The position numbers and the translations under genes are program-made. Of a stretch of DNA of 64,000 nt, positions 17,951 to 27,538 are shown in pieces. Source of the DNA: an uncultured Thermoplasmata archaeon. Its GTDB lineage: Archaea > Thermoplasmatota > Thermoplasmata > Halarchaeoplasmatales > Halarchaeoplasmataceae. The notes beneath the pieces were generated by a model, which saw only the letters and a list, made by a program, of their open reading frames with translations, did no database searches and was not told the DNA's origin. The stretch lies in assembly GCA_964462425.1 (NCBI GenBank), contig CAYWYD010000006.1:717-64716 (forward strand), in the 5' to 3' direction. Within the stretch, counting starts at the first letter, position 1. Each line of letters starts with the position of its first letter.

Positions 17951-18362
17951 GTTCGATGATAGAGCTTTCTCGGGTGCTGAGATATTTTTTGTGTTCATAA
18001 TTGTACTACTTTTGATCCTAGCCGGAGGTTTTGTCTACGTCATATCCGAGATGGGTCCTCAGGATAAACCAGCTTACATCATTGAGGATGTCTATTTTGA
18101 AGAGAAAAATGATGGTCTGAGCGCTAGAATCTTCATAACAAATCTGGGTAAATCGGGCAGTAATGGCGATCTAGAATGGGAGATCACAAAAGGAAATCGA
18201 TTGATAGAGAAAGGAAATACGACTTTCCAGATCGACGGGAGAGCAACGAAAAGAATCAATCTCTCTTTTGAAGGAGAGGAGGGAGATAACTCCGAGCTTG
18301 AGATCGAGGTCTTCAACGGGAACGAACCGATGGATACCTATTCGACGGATATCAGGGGATAA
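17943..18362 (+). CDS. Small membrane-anchored CARDB-like protein. Start ATG at 17943 overlaps the upstream stop.
   Basis: MNRFDD..., TM FFVFIIVLLLILAGGFVYVI, then a beta-rich domain (GDLEWEITKGNRLIEKGNTTFQIDG). Confidence 0.5.
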   Translation: MNRFDDRAFSGAEIFFVFIIVLLLILAGGFVYVISEMGPQDKPAYIIEDVYFEEKNDGLSARIFITNLGKSGSNGDLEWEITKGNRLIEKGNTTFQIDGRATKRINLSFEGEEGDNSELEIEVFNGNEPMDTYSTDIRG

Positions 18363-18496
18363 AGAGCAGGTAAGGTAATTTATTCAAAAACACAACTTTA
18401 GTCGTTTCATGATCTAAAAAAAAGTCTCTGAAACTCAGATTTTTACGATAATCCGGTAAAGTTTTTAATTTAGTCTCCTTATTAGTTTGCGATAAC

Positions 18497-19744
18497 ATGA
18501 TATTGATCGAATCTATCGACGCTAGAGAGATCTTAGATTCAAGAGGTAATCCCACGGTCGAAGCAGTGGTCGAAACCTCCAAAGGTGCGGGAAAAGCGAA
18601 GGTACCTTCTGGAGCTTCTACCGGTTCGAACGAAGCGCTCGAACTCAGAGACGGAGGGTCCAGATACGGGGGGAAAGGTGTTCAGGAAGCGGTAAAAAAC
18701 ATAAGAGTGACGATCGGACCGGAATTGATAGGAGAAGAGGTGACTAATCAGAGTTATATAGACGATAAGATGATAGCACTGGACGGAGAAGAGGACAAGA
18801 GCAACTTGGGAGCGAATGCTATCTTAGCTGTCTCTCTCGCCGCCGCTAGGGCCGCGGCAGATTCCTTGAATATTCCTTTGTTCAGATATCTGGGAAGGAG
18901 CAACGATCTCACTCTACCCGTTCCCTATCTCAACGTATTGAACGGAGGAGAACACGCCGGAAACGATCTCGATATCCAGGAATACATGATAGTGCCCGAC
19001 GGAGCCGAGAGCTTCAAAGAAGGCATCAGGATGGGCACCGAAGTTTATCACGCTCTAGGAGACATAATAGAAGAAAAATACGGTCCGTCGGCGACTAACC
19101 TCGGAGACGAGGGAGGATACGCACCTCCGTTGGAAAATCCCACCGAACCCTTCGACCTGATGATGGAAGCGATAGACCGGTGCGATTACGATGGAAAGAT
19201 AAATCTTGCGATAGATACCGCCGCGACCGAATTCAAAACTTCCCGAGGATATGTGTCTGGAGATGAAACGCTGGGTTCGGAAGAGATGATAAACTTCTAC
19301 GACGAGATGATCAAGGATTATCCGCTCGTATCAATAGAAGATCCCTTGGGCGAGAGCGACTGGGGTGGTTTCGCGGAGATGACAGACCGCTTTAATGATG
19401 AACTGCAGATAGTCGGAGACGACCTTTTCGTCAGTGACCCTGAACTGATAGAAAAAGGGATTGAGATGGGAGCTTGCAACGCAGTACTATTGAAAGTCAA
19501 CCAGATAGGGACTCTAACGGAAGCTATGGACGCTGCTTCGCTGGCTTTCAAAAACGGATACGACGTGATGGTCTCTCACAGATCTGGAGAAACGCCCGAT
19601 CCATTCATCGCTGACCTAGCGGTCGCTCTCTCGTGCGGTGAGATAAAGAGCGGCGCACCGGCGAGAGGTGAAAGAGTCGCTAAATACAATCGGTTGTTGG
19701 ATATCGAACAAAAACTCGGAAACACTGCCGACTACGCTCTCTAA
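18497..19744 (+). CDS. eno: Enolase.
   Basis: MILIESIDAREILDSRGNPTVEA..., canonical enolase N-terminus, 415 aa. Confidence 0.95.
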   Translation: MILIESIDAREILDSRGNPTVEAVVETSKGAGKAKVPSGASTGSNEALELRDGGSRYGGKGVQEAVKNIRVTIGPELIGEEVTNQSYIDDKMIALDGEEDKSNLGANAILAVSLAAARAAADSLNIPLFRYLGRSNDLTLPVPYLNVLNGGEHAGNDLDIQEYMIVPDGAESFKEGIRMGTEVYHALGDIIEEKYGPSATNLGDEGGYAPPLENPTEPFDLMMEAIDRCDYDGKINLAIDTAATEFKTSRGYVSGDETLGSEEMINFYDEMIKDYPLVSIEDPLGESDWGGFAEMTDRFNDELQIVGDDLFVSDPELIEKGIEMGACNAVLLKVNQIGTLTEAMDAASLAFKNGYDVMVSHRSGETPDPFIADLAVALSCGEIKSGAPARGERVAKYNRLLDIEQKLGNTADYAL

Positions 19745-19775
19745 AAGAGAATGAGATCTTCGTTCGGTCATTCCT

Positions 19776-21089
19776 TCACATCAGTACTATAAAGAAAAAC
19801 CAAAGAAGCACAAACGATAAGAATAGAGTTAGGGCTGTCAGAGGTAGTGAGTATTTTGTAAATTTCCTAAAGGTAATCGGATGTCCCATTTTTCCCGAGA
19901 TGTTAGAGACTATGAGATTAGCGGGTGCGGATATTAGGGTACCGTTACCTCCGAAGCAGGCTCCCATCGAGAGCGCCCACCAAAGCGGGTTGATAGGATA
20001 ACCCGCTCCGATCTGAGTATGGGTGGTGAAAACACTCACAACGGAAACCAAAATTATCGCCGCCGGGATGTTCCCTACGACTATAGCAAAGGCGCCGCTT
20101 ATCATCAAAACTAGGAAGAGAGCGATCAACAAGCTCCCTCCAGACAACATCTCTATCTCCATAGCGATCCATCGGATGATACCGCTTTCAACCAATCCTC
20201 CGATGACTATGAACAGGCTGACAAAAAACAATAGGGTGCTCCAGTGCACGTGATCCAAAGCGACTTCCGGATCCGGAAGAGAGAGGAGCAGTAACAGACT
20301 AGCGCCGAAAACCGCAACCATCCACGGTTCCAAATTCAATAAATGATGGACCGTAAACAAACCCATCGTTATCAATAAGGCGAAAAGCGATTTGTAAAGA
20401 AGAGACCAGTTGGAGATGCACTCGTTTTCATCCCTTTGCGCTATCTTTTCGAAATTCTCCATATCGCTCTCTAGAATATCTTTGAAAAGCAACTCGAAGT
20501 AAAGCAGAACCACCAAGAGAACTATTATGACAAGAGGGGCTAGATAGATGAGGAATTGTACAAAATGTATACCTCCCGCGCTCCCGATCATGACGTTGGG
20601 CGGGTCGCCTATCAGGGTCATCGTTCCTCCGATGTTAGAGGAGACTATCTCGACCATCAAAAATGGGACCGGATTTATATCCAATTCCTTGGCGATCGTG
20701 ATGGTGACGGGAGCCATCAATAAGACTGTAGTTACATTATCCAAGAAGGCCGAGGTGAAGGCCGTGACCAGGACTAAAAAGGCGAGGAGTCTATAATAAC
20801 TCCCCTTTGAAAGTTTAGCGGTTTTTATAGCTAAGTATTCGAAGGCGCCGGTCTCACCTAAAAGTCCGACCAAGATCATCATACCTAACAGAAGCCCTAT
20901 GGTGTTGAAATCCACATATCCGGGATCGGTGAGCGCTTTTTCCGGCCCATAAAAATTGAAAGCTATCCCCCAGAAGAGCATACCTATCGCCCCACCCATA
21001 GCTGCGGTAGTCCTGGGAATCTTCTTGCTGATTATACCGATATAGGTCAGAACAAATATCACTACAACGCCTATGACTACGATACTCAA
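19776..21089 (-). CDS. ArsB/NhaD-superfamily permease (CitMHS-like anion/cation transporter).
   Basis: ~12 TM, 437 aa. Motifs LDNVTTVLLMAPV and GGTMTLIGDPPN are typical of the ArsB/NhaD family. Confidence 0.7.
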   Translation of the reverse strand: MSIVVIGVVVIFVLTYIGIISKKIPRTTAAMGGAIGMLFWGIAFNFYGPEKALTDPGYVDFNTIGLLLGMMILVGLLGETGAFEYLAIKTAKLSKGSYYRLLAFLVLVTAFTSAFLDNVTTVLLMAPVTITIAKELDINPVPFLMVEIVSSNIGGTMTLIGDPPNVMIGSAGGIHFVQFLIYLAPLVIIVLLVVLLYFELLFKDILESDMENFEKIAQRDENECISNWSLLYKSLFALLITMGLFTVHHLLNLEPWMVAVFGASLLLLLSLPDPEVALDHVHWSTLLFFVSLFIVIGGLVESGIIRWIAMEIEMLSGGSLLIALFLVLMISGAFAIVVGNIPAAIILVSVVSVFTTHTQIGAGYPINPLWWALSMGACFGGNGTLISAPANLIVSNISGKMGHPITFRKFTKYSLPLTALTLFLSFVLLWFFFIVLM

Positions 21090-21092
21090 CTA

Positions 21093-21953
21093 TTACTCAC
21101 CAACCATGAGGAAGGGTATATCACTCTCAGCGATAAGTTCCTTCTCAAGGCTGCTTAACGAAAAACTATGTATGAGAAATCTTAATTTGTACTTCAAACC
21201 GCTCCTTCCTCTGCTCCCGACGATGAAATCATACTCCTGCGATCTTTTCAATATATCCTCGTCCGAAGCGTTCTTGTTTATGATCAACTCATAATCCACT
21301 CCGGCTTTGTCCGCTCGTTTTTCTATCCGGCGGGACGAGGCCCCGGGATTTTCTTTTCCTATATGGTAAGTGGTCAAACTAGCTCCGAACATCTCAGCAA
21401 GATCGATAGCGAGCATTGTGGCATCTACGGAATAGGAGCTGAAGGTTGTCGGGTTGAATATCTTTTTGGGCCTCTCCGTGGCGCATCTGCAGGAAAACAC
21501 GAGCGATGGGATATGGGTCACTTGGAGAGAATGTAGCGCGGTCTCTCCTATGTGTACCCTTTGAGTCCCCGTTTTTGAATGAGTGGCCATCACTAACAGA
21601 TCGATGTTCTTTTTATCGATATAGTCGATTATCTCTTTAGAAGGCTTACCGGTCGGCTTTGCTTTCCTGATCTCTTCGATTCCCATCTCTTTTAGAAGTC
21701 CCTCCCCGTTCTCGAGAGCCTCCTGAGATATATCGGATAACCGAGACTCCATCAGATTGGTCTGGGGTAAGCTTCCGTCGCTGGTGTTGATGACGTTTAT
21801 CAGATGATACTCGGCATAAGGAAAAAGAGTGGCGGTATACTGGATAGCGTTCTTCATAAGTGGTGAATTATCAGTAGCTATGAGTATCTTATCGAACATC
21901 TTATCAAGACAAAAATCTAGGAGTGCGATATATAATTTTTCTTTATAGGTCAA
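21093..21953 (-). CDS. Tandem-domain universal stress protein (UspA x2). Probable start is the Met at 21899.
   Basis: Two Usp-like halves (ILIATDNSPLMKNAIQYT...; ...FIVGSRGRSGLKYKLRFL). Paralog of 23108-23914. Confidence 0.75.
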   Translation of the reverse strand: MTYKEKLYIALLDFCLDKMFDKILIATDNSPLMKNAIQYTATLFPYAEYHLINVINTSDGSLPQTNLMESRLSDISQEALENGEGLLKEMGIEEIRKAKPTGKPSKEIIDYIDKKNIDLLVMATHSKTGTQRVHIGETALHSLQVTHIPSLVFSCRCATERPKKIFNPTTFSSYSVDATMLAIDLAEMFGASLTTYHIGKENPGASSRRIEKRADKAGVDYELIINKNASDEDILKRSQEYDFIVGSRGRSGLKYKLRFLIHSFSLSSLEKELIAESDIPFLMVGE

Positions 21954-22039
21954 GGGAACGGAAAAAAGTTTTTAAAGTTTTAATAATATTGAAGGAGAGT
22001 CAGATTTTATCTTCATGAAGTAGAGACTTAGGTGATAAT

Positions 22040-22552
22040 ATGGATTGGGACCTGATATTGGGCAAGAACTGGGGGCAAAGAGGGGTAATACTCGGCACCG
22101 CCGTCCTATACCTCTACATGCTCATATTTAGACCGGAAGATGCCCGGAAAGGCTTAACAAATGGATCGATGATGTTCCTCGGCCTCTTGACTCTCATTTT
22201 TGCGGCTATACTCTTGGCGAGCGCTATACAAGTGTTGATACCGAAGGATCTGATACAAAAATACCTAGGGCCTAAGGCGGGTTTAAGAGGGGTTCTTACC
22301 GGGGGTCTACTGGCAGGACTGCTGCAGGGAGGTCCTTACGCAGTGTATCCTATAATAAAAGGACTCCAAGAGGAAGGTGTCGGTCTATCGGTCGTCATAT
22401 CGATGCTGGTCGGTTACTCTATAATCGGCAGCGGTAGGATAGTGTACGGGTTAGCCATATTTGAAGTCAAGATAATCGCGATCAGAGTCATTCTCGGAGT
22501 GGGTTTGGCGATCTTGTCTTGTGTATTGATCTACTTCGTATTTGGTGATTGA
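22040..22552 (+). CDS. Half-size permease (predicted-permease/COG0701-like fold), half A.
   Basis: 170 aa, 4-5 TM, motif LLQGGPYAVYPII. Paralog of the adjacent gene. Confidence 0.55.
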   Translation: MDWDLILGKNWGQRGVILGTAVLYLYMLIFRPEDARKGLTNGSMMFLGLLTLIFAAILLASAIQVLIPKDLIQKYLGPKAGLRGVLTGGLLAGLLQGGPYAVYPIIKGLQEEGVGLSVVISMLVGYSIIGSGRIVYGLAIFEVKIIAIRVILGVGLAILSCVLIYFVFGD

Positions 22553-23063
22553 TATGGTCTGGGAGATTATCATCGGGAGAAGTTGGAGTCAGCGGGCGAT
22601 AATATTCGGGACTTTGTTCTTGTACAGCTATATGTATCTTACCAGGAAGGAAGACGCTAAAGAAGGCGCGAAGGACGGTTTGAACACTTTTAAAGGTCTT
22701 TTTACGTTGATATTCGCAGCCGTACTGTTGGCGAGTGCGATCCAGGTTTTACTGCCGACGGAATTAGTCCAGACATATCTTGGACCTGAATCAGGATTCA
22801 CCGGGGTCTTCACAGGAGGTCTGCTTGGCGGAATACTGCAGGGCGGTCCCTATGCCGTGTATCCCATAATAAGAGGATTACAGCAGAGCGGAGTCAGTTT
22901 AGCCGTGGTTATTGCGATGATGATCGGTTATGGGGCGATAGGCGGCGGTAAAATAGTCTATGGATTAGCTTTCTTCGGACCGAAGATAATCTCCCTCCGT
23001 GTGATCATCGGTATAGGTTTGACACTATCTGCTAGTTTGATCCTCTCCCTATTGTTTCTGTGA
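22542..23063 (+). CDS. Half-size permease, half B (paralog of 22040-22552).
   Basis: 173 aa. Same architecture and same ILQGGPYAVYPII motif. Overlaps the upstream gene by 11 nt. Confidence 0.55.
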   Translation: MVIDMVWEIIIGRSWSQRAIIFGTLFLYSYMYLTRKEDAKEGAKDGLNTFKGLFTLIFAAVLLASAIQVLLPTELVQTYLGPESGFTGVFTGGLLGGILQGGPYAVYPIIRGLQQSGVSLAVVIAMMIGYGAIGGGKIVYGLAFFGPKIISLRVIIGIGLTLSASLILSLLFL

Positions 23064-23107
23064 AGAATGATATCTTCCTGATCATCTTTCAAGCGGTCAG
23101 ATAGAAT

Positions 23108-23914
23108 TCATTCTCCGAGCAGGAGAAATGGAACCTTGCTCTCGGCGATGAGTTCTTTCTCCAGATCACTCAATGCGAAACTTGGAAAGATACGTCTCAA
23201 TTTGTACTTCAAACCGCTCCTTCCTCTGCTCCCTACGATGAAATCATGATCCCTCGATTCATTGAGGATCGTTTTGTCGGAGGCACCCTTATTTATAGTG
23301 ATATCATAATCTACTCCAGCTTTTGATGCTCTTCTTTTTAGCCGCTCTAGATCTTTTCCAGGATCATCTTTACCTATGTGATAGGTCGTTAAACTCGCCC
23401 CAAAATATTTCGCCAATTTCATCCCGAGGATAGTAGCGTCGATAGAATATTTGCTGAAAGTGGTGGGATTGAATATCTCCTCGGGTTTTTCTCTCTCACA
23501 TTCGCAGGCGAACACCATAGAGGGGATATTGGTGATCTGAAGAGAATGAAGTGCGCACTCACCTATGTGAACCTTCTGTGCGCCGGTCTTCGCATGAGTA
23601 GCCATCACCAAGAGACCCATATCGTGCTGATTTATGTAATTCAAGATCTCTTTCGGAGGGCTCCCGGTAGGCTTGGCTTTTTTGACGTCGTCGATACCCA
23701 TATCTTCTAGGATTCCTTCCCCGTGATCGAGAGCTTCCTGCGAGATCTCAGCCATACGAGACTGCATCAATCCGGTCTGAGGAACACTTCGATCATCGGT
23801 ATTGACGACATTGATAAGATGATAATCGGCATTAGGAAAGATCGTTGCTGTATACTTTATAGCGTTCTCCATCAACGGAGAATCGTCAGTAGCTATAAGT
23901 ATCCTGTCGAACAT
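23108..23914 (-). CDS. Tandem-domain universal stress protein, paralog. The track ORF extends to 24172; likely start at 23914.
   Basis: MFDRILIATDDSPLMENAIKYT... aligns throughout with 21093-21953, including near-identical nucleotide stretches. Confidence 0.75.
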   Translation of the reverse strand: MFDRILIATDDSPLMENAIKYTATIFPNADYHLINVVNTDDRSVPQTGLMQSRMAEISQEALDHGEGILEDMGIDDVKKAKPTGSPPKEILNYINQHDMGLLVMATHAKTGAQKVHIGECALHSLQITNIPSMVFACECEREKPEEIFNPTTFSKYSIDATILGMKLAKYFGASLTTYHIGKDDPGKDLERLKRRASKAGVDYDITINKGASDKTILNESRDHDFIVGSRGRSGLKYKLRRIFPSFALSDLEKELIAESKVPFLLLGE

Positions 23915-24045
23915 CCTATCGGGATAGAGAGCTATGATAGAAGTATATAATTTTTCTCCTAATAAAATTAGATTTTTAAGGTTAAAATCGGAAAAGATGA
24001 GTAAAACATATATAGTACCATTTGAATATTTAACTAGAGAAAAAG

Positions 24046-24429
24046 GTGGAAAAAATGGCGAAAAAAGGTTTAACGGACGAAGAAGAAGAATTGGTCGATA
24101 AATTGATAAAAGCAGGCCTCCAAAAGAACATGGCACGGACACTGGTCTTTGTTGCCAGCAGAGACGAAACAAAAAGTAGAGATATCGAGAACGCTACCGA
24201 TCTGAGACAGCCAGAAGTCTCTATAGCGATGCAAGAATTAAGGGAACGTGGTTGGGTCACCAAGAGAGATATAAAGAAAGAAGGAAAAGGAAGGCCGGTT
24301 CACGGCTATCATCTAGATGAACCGATAGACGAGATAATCGAAGAGATAGAAAAGAAAGAAAAGGAACGCATCGAGGAAATCGAGAAGAACTTAGAGGAGA
24401 TAAAGGAACTCGCTGACTCGTGCTTCTAG
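24046..24429 (+). CDS. Winged-HTH transcriptional regulator with an acidic coiled-coil tail.
   Basis: HTH-like segment LVDKLIKAGLQKNMARTLVFVASRDETKSRDIENATDLRQPEVSIAMQELRERGWV. Confidence 0.5.
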   Translation: MEKMAKKGLTDEEEELVDKLIKAGLQKNMARTLVFVASRDETKSRDIENATDLRQPEVSIAMQELRERGWVTKRDIKKEGKGRPVHGYHLDEPIDEIIEEIEKKEKERIEEIEKNLEEIKELADSCF

Positions 24430-24453
24430 GGGCGGTAAGGGAGTTATAAAACC

Positions 24454-25125
24454 TTAATCTCTCTCTTCAAATCCACTTCCCTTTCCTATAATTACTAGAT
24501 CGACCATATCTACGAAGAGTCCATTCTCTATGACTCCTGGGATGGAGTTCAAACGCTGGGAAAGTTGGGCAGGATCATCTATTTTACCGAAGTCACAATC
24601 TAAGATATAGTTTCCGTTGTCCGTTCGATATCTCTCCACGTCCTTCTTTCTCAATTTTGGCTCACATCCTAACCTTCCAACGCATTCTGCTATCCCTTCA
24701 TACCAATGCGGCAGTATCTCTACGGGAAGGTCGAAGGTAGCTCCGAGTTTGTCTACCAACTTGGAAGGATCTACGATCACGATATATTCTTTTGAGTTGA
24801 AGGCGATTATCTTCTCTCTCAGCAGCGCTCCACCGCCGCCCTTTATCAGATCCTTATTCGGATCGACCTCGTCGGCACCGTCGATAGTCAGATCTATCTT
24901 GTCGGCTTCATCCAATTCTACCGTTTCTATCCCGGCTTTTTCCGCTCTCTTTCGAGTTTCCACAGAAGTCGGGATCCCTACTATGTTCAGATCTTCTTCA
25001 TCTATCCTTTGGCCTATCCTCTCTATGGCGTATTTCGCCGTAGAGCCGGTCCCGAGTCCGACCACCATTCCATCTTCTACATACTCCGCAGCTCTATAAC
25101 CCGCGTTCTTCTTTTCGATATTCAT
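24454..25125 (-). CDS. rpiA: Ribose-5-phosphate isomerase A.
   Basis: GLGTGST, DGADE and KGGGGAL motifs. 223 aa. Confidence 0.9.
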   Translation of the reverse strand: MNIEKKNAGYRAAEYVEDGMVVGLGTGSTAKYAIERIGQRIDEEDLNIVGIPTSVETRKRAEKAGIETVELDEADKIDLTIDGADEVDPNKDLIKGGGGALLREKIIAFNSKEYIVIVDPSKLVDKLGATFDLPVEILPHWYEGIAECVGRLGCEPKLRKKDVERYRTDNGNYILDCDFGKIDDPAQLSQRLNSIPGVIENGLFVDMVDLVIIGKGSGFEERD

Positions 25126-25132
25126 ATTACCT

Positions 25133-25858
25133 TCACTCTCCGAAGGAATCCTCTACCAGTTTTATTATCTTTTCGATGACATAAGCGTTGATCTTCTTAC
25201 CTTCTTCGGCGGTAGCTTTACTCGCATCACCTCTCATCCCTTTCGATAGATACTCGCTGTAATCCACCATCACTTTATTGGTTGGATATTCTATCTCCGC
25301 TCGAGGTCTATCCTCTCCGACCAGGTCCTCTCTGATATCGAGCATCCTAGCAGTTTCTAGTTCCCCGCCGTGACCGTCAGTGTCGGGGACTTCTTCCCCT
25401 TTGAGTTCATAGGCAAAATCATAATCCGAGAACAGCAGTATCTCTAGACCTTTTTTCTCCTCTAGGATCATTTCCGCGGCCAACTTCAAAGCCGTCATGT
25501 GACCGCTGCCGGCGTGACTTGATACTATGACGATCTTATCGAATCCCTGTCGGGTACAGCTTTTCAGGATATCATACACCACGTCTCTCAACGAATCGAA
25601 GCTTATCGAGAGTGTTCCTGTGAGGTGTGTCGTAGCTTTGCATTGACCATAGTTCAGGATAGGAGCGATCAAACTCCTTTCTTCCATCTTTTTACAGACC
25701 TCTTCCACGACGTATTCTGCCTGAAACGTATCCGTTCCAGCGGGTAAATGTTTACCGTGGCCCTCGCTTATCCCGATCGGCAAAAATAAGATCGAATCCT
25801 TTTCTTTTTCCAATTCGTTCATATTCATCTCGTTAAGATATATAGATTCATCGGCCAT
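25133..25858 (-). CDS. Creatininase-family amidohydrolase, possibly an ArfB-type formamide hydrolase.
   Basis: Creatininase-fold motifs: EGHGKHLP, SSHAGSG, GHGGELET. Confidence 0.6.
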   Translation of the reverse strand: MADESIYLNEMNMNELEKEKDSILFLPIGISEGHGKHLPAGTDTFQAEYVVEEVCKKMEERSLIAPILNYGQCKATTHLTGTLSISFDSLRDVVYDILKSCTRQGFDKIVIVSSHAGSGHMTALKLAAEMILEEKKGLEILLFSDYDFAYELKGEEVPDTDGHGGELETARMLDIREDLVGEDRPRAEIEYPTNKVMVDYSEYLSKGMRGDASKATAEEGKKINAYVIEKIIKLVEDSFGE

Positions 25859-25949
25859 GAATTCGAAAATAGGCGAGAGGTATTAAGTTTTAACCAACCT
25901 AATGATTTATATATGAGGAGATAGTCATCAGATATCGTACGGTGTTATC

Positions 25950-26099
25950 ATGGCAAGATTCCCCGAAGCTGAAAAAAGACTGCTGGACAAGAAGATATGT
26001 ATGGACTGTTACGCCAGCAATCCGGCAGATGCCAAAAAGTGCAGGAAGTGCGGCGAGGACAATCTCCGGATGAAAGCAAAAGAGAGCAGGCGGCTCTGA
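25950..26099 (+). CDS. rpl40e: 50S ribosomal protein L40e (49 aa, zinc-ribbon).
   Basis: [49 protein letters not shown]. Not in the ORF track (<60 aa). Confidence 0.8.
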   Translation: MARFPEAEKRLLDKKICMDCYASNPADAKKCRKCGEDNLRMKAKESRRL

Positions 26100-26249
26100 T
26101 AGGTGGAGGTAGGTTTCCCGCTATCCCTTCTCTAACATTCTAACATCTATAGGTCTAGATGAGAGGACTATTCCCGGATATAAACATAAAAATCTGATGG
26201 ATCAAGTAAGGGTTATAAGCTTTGAAAGGATACCATAAACGGTGAGAGT

Positions 26250-26444
26250 TTGCATCCAAATATCTTAAAAATCTATCTGATTTTAGGCGGGATTCTAACA
26301 TTCATATGGGTAATATCACTTCTAGGTCTCATACATCTGGGCATTGTTGGATATTTTCTCCTCGTGATATTTACCATAGTAATCATATTATCGGCCCTTT
26401 CAAAAGCTCCCGGCGAGGGAGGCCCACCTATAACAGAAAAATAG
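26250..26444 (+). CDS. Small membrane protein (2 TM).
   Basis: Hydrophobic 64-aa ORF, co-oriented with the next two genes. Confidence 0.35.
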   Translation: MHPNILKIYLILGGILTFIWVISLLGLIHLGIVGYFLLVIFTIVIILSALSKAPGEGGPPITEK

Positions 26445-26505
26445 GTGGCTCTAGTACCAATGCTTACGATAATTTTATTATACCGGACAATTTTACTTCT
26501 AAGAC

Positions 26506-27255
26506 ATGTTGAAGCATAGGTTTCTCAAACCCGAGTACAGTTCAAAGATCATCGGGATGATATTCTTATCGCTGTCGATCTATCTTTTTTTAGCTACTGA
26601 TTACACCAATGCGAGTTTAGCAGCTGCCTTCATAGGAATATTCACCATGCTAATCGTCCATTATCCTACAGTGGAAGAGGACGTGGCTATAGCGGGTTTG
26701 AAGAGCAGTACTCTTTCTTACCATGAAATCCTCGAAGACTTAGATGTAGCGGAAAAAGGTGTTATCCTGCCCCCGCATGAGAATCTCACGGAATCAAAGG
26801 TATACGTACCGGCCGGAAAGCTAGAGGAAATTCCGGACATCTACGATGAGATGACCATAGTCTCCTCGGGTAAAGGGAAAGTCGGTATCTCTCTAATACC
26901 TCCCGGTCGACCTCTACTTGAGGAGGCGAAGGAAAAGCTCGAATATGATATAAAGGGTAGGGGTATCGAGAGCGGAAGAGAATGCATGGGCCATCTCAGT
27001 CAGGGTATGGGGTTGGCTAAATCCTTCAGTCTGAGGAAAAAAGGAAACAAGGTAAAACTCAGGATAACATTAGACCGATACGACGATCACTGTGAAGACC
27101 TGAAGGATAACTCAGAAAAGATATGCACTCGAACGGGATGTCCGATATGCAACGCCTTTTTGACGACAACTTCCGAAGCATTATCTTCTCCTTTACAAAT
27201 AAAGGAATTTGAAAAGGAAGATGAGCATATAAAATACACGCTGGAGGAGCTCTGA
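26506..27255 (+). CDS. Hypothetical membrane-anchored protein with a C-terminal Cys cluster.
   Basis: Two N-terminal TM segments. C-terminal CEDL...CTRTGCPIC motif. Confidence 0.45.
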   Translation: MLKHRFLKPEYSSKIIGMIFLSLSIYLFLATDYTNASLAAAFIGIFTMLIVHYPTVEEDVAIAGLKSSTLSYHEILEDLDVAEKGVILPPHENLTESKVYVPAGKLEEIPDIYDEMTIVSSGKGKVGISLIPPGRPLLEEAKEKLEYDIKGRGIESGRECMGHLSQGMGLAKSFSLRKKGNKVKLRITLDRYDDHCEDLKDNSEKICTRTGCPICNAFLTTTSEALSSPLQIKEFEKEDEHIKYTLEEL

Positions 27256-27506
27256 TGCTGTTTTCTCAGAAATTAGCTGTCGCGATGACGATCTGGACCG
27301 TTCTTGTTTTGACTTTAGTGGGAAATCAAGGTTTAGAACTGTTCGTCATAATGATATTGATCGGTCTTCTGATCTCTCGGGAACTGTCGAGCGTCTACAT
27401 CAGGACGTCGATAGCGGATCGACTCGACGTTTTTATCCAGATCGGTATAGTGGTATTCATCGGGGTGGTCATGCGGAGGATTCTCTCGATCCTAGGGTTG
27501 ATATGA
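27255..27506 (+). CDS. Small membrane protein (3 TM).
   Basis: ATGA overlap with the upstream gene. Confidence 0.4.
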   Translation: MLFSQKLAVAMTIWTVLVLTLVGNQGLELFVIMILIGLLISRELSSVYIRTSIADRLDVFIQIGIVVFIGVVMRRILSILGLI

Positions 27507-27538
27507 AGTATCAATAAAAGGAGAAAAGGGTTCGTGGT

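Noticed and set aside
24617-25099. 160-aa plus-strand ORF (and similar internal ORFs at 27542-27973, 28274-28586, 29111-29623, 30651-31004).
   Set aside because: They are embedded antisense within well-supported genes (rpiA, cdc48, thermosome), with Ser/Pro-rich low-complexity translations.
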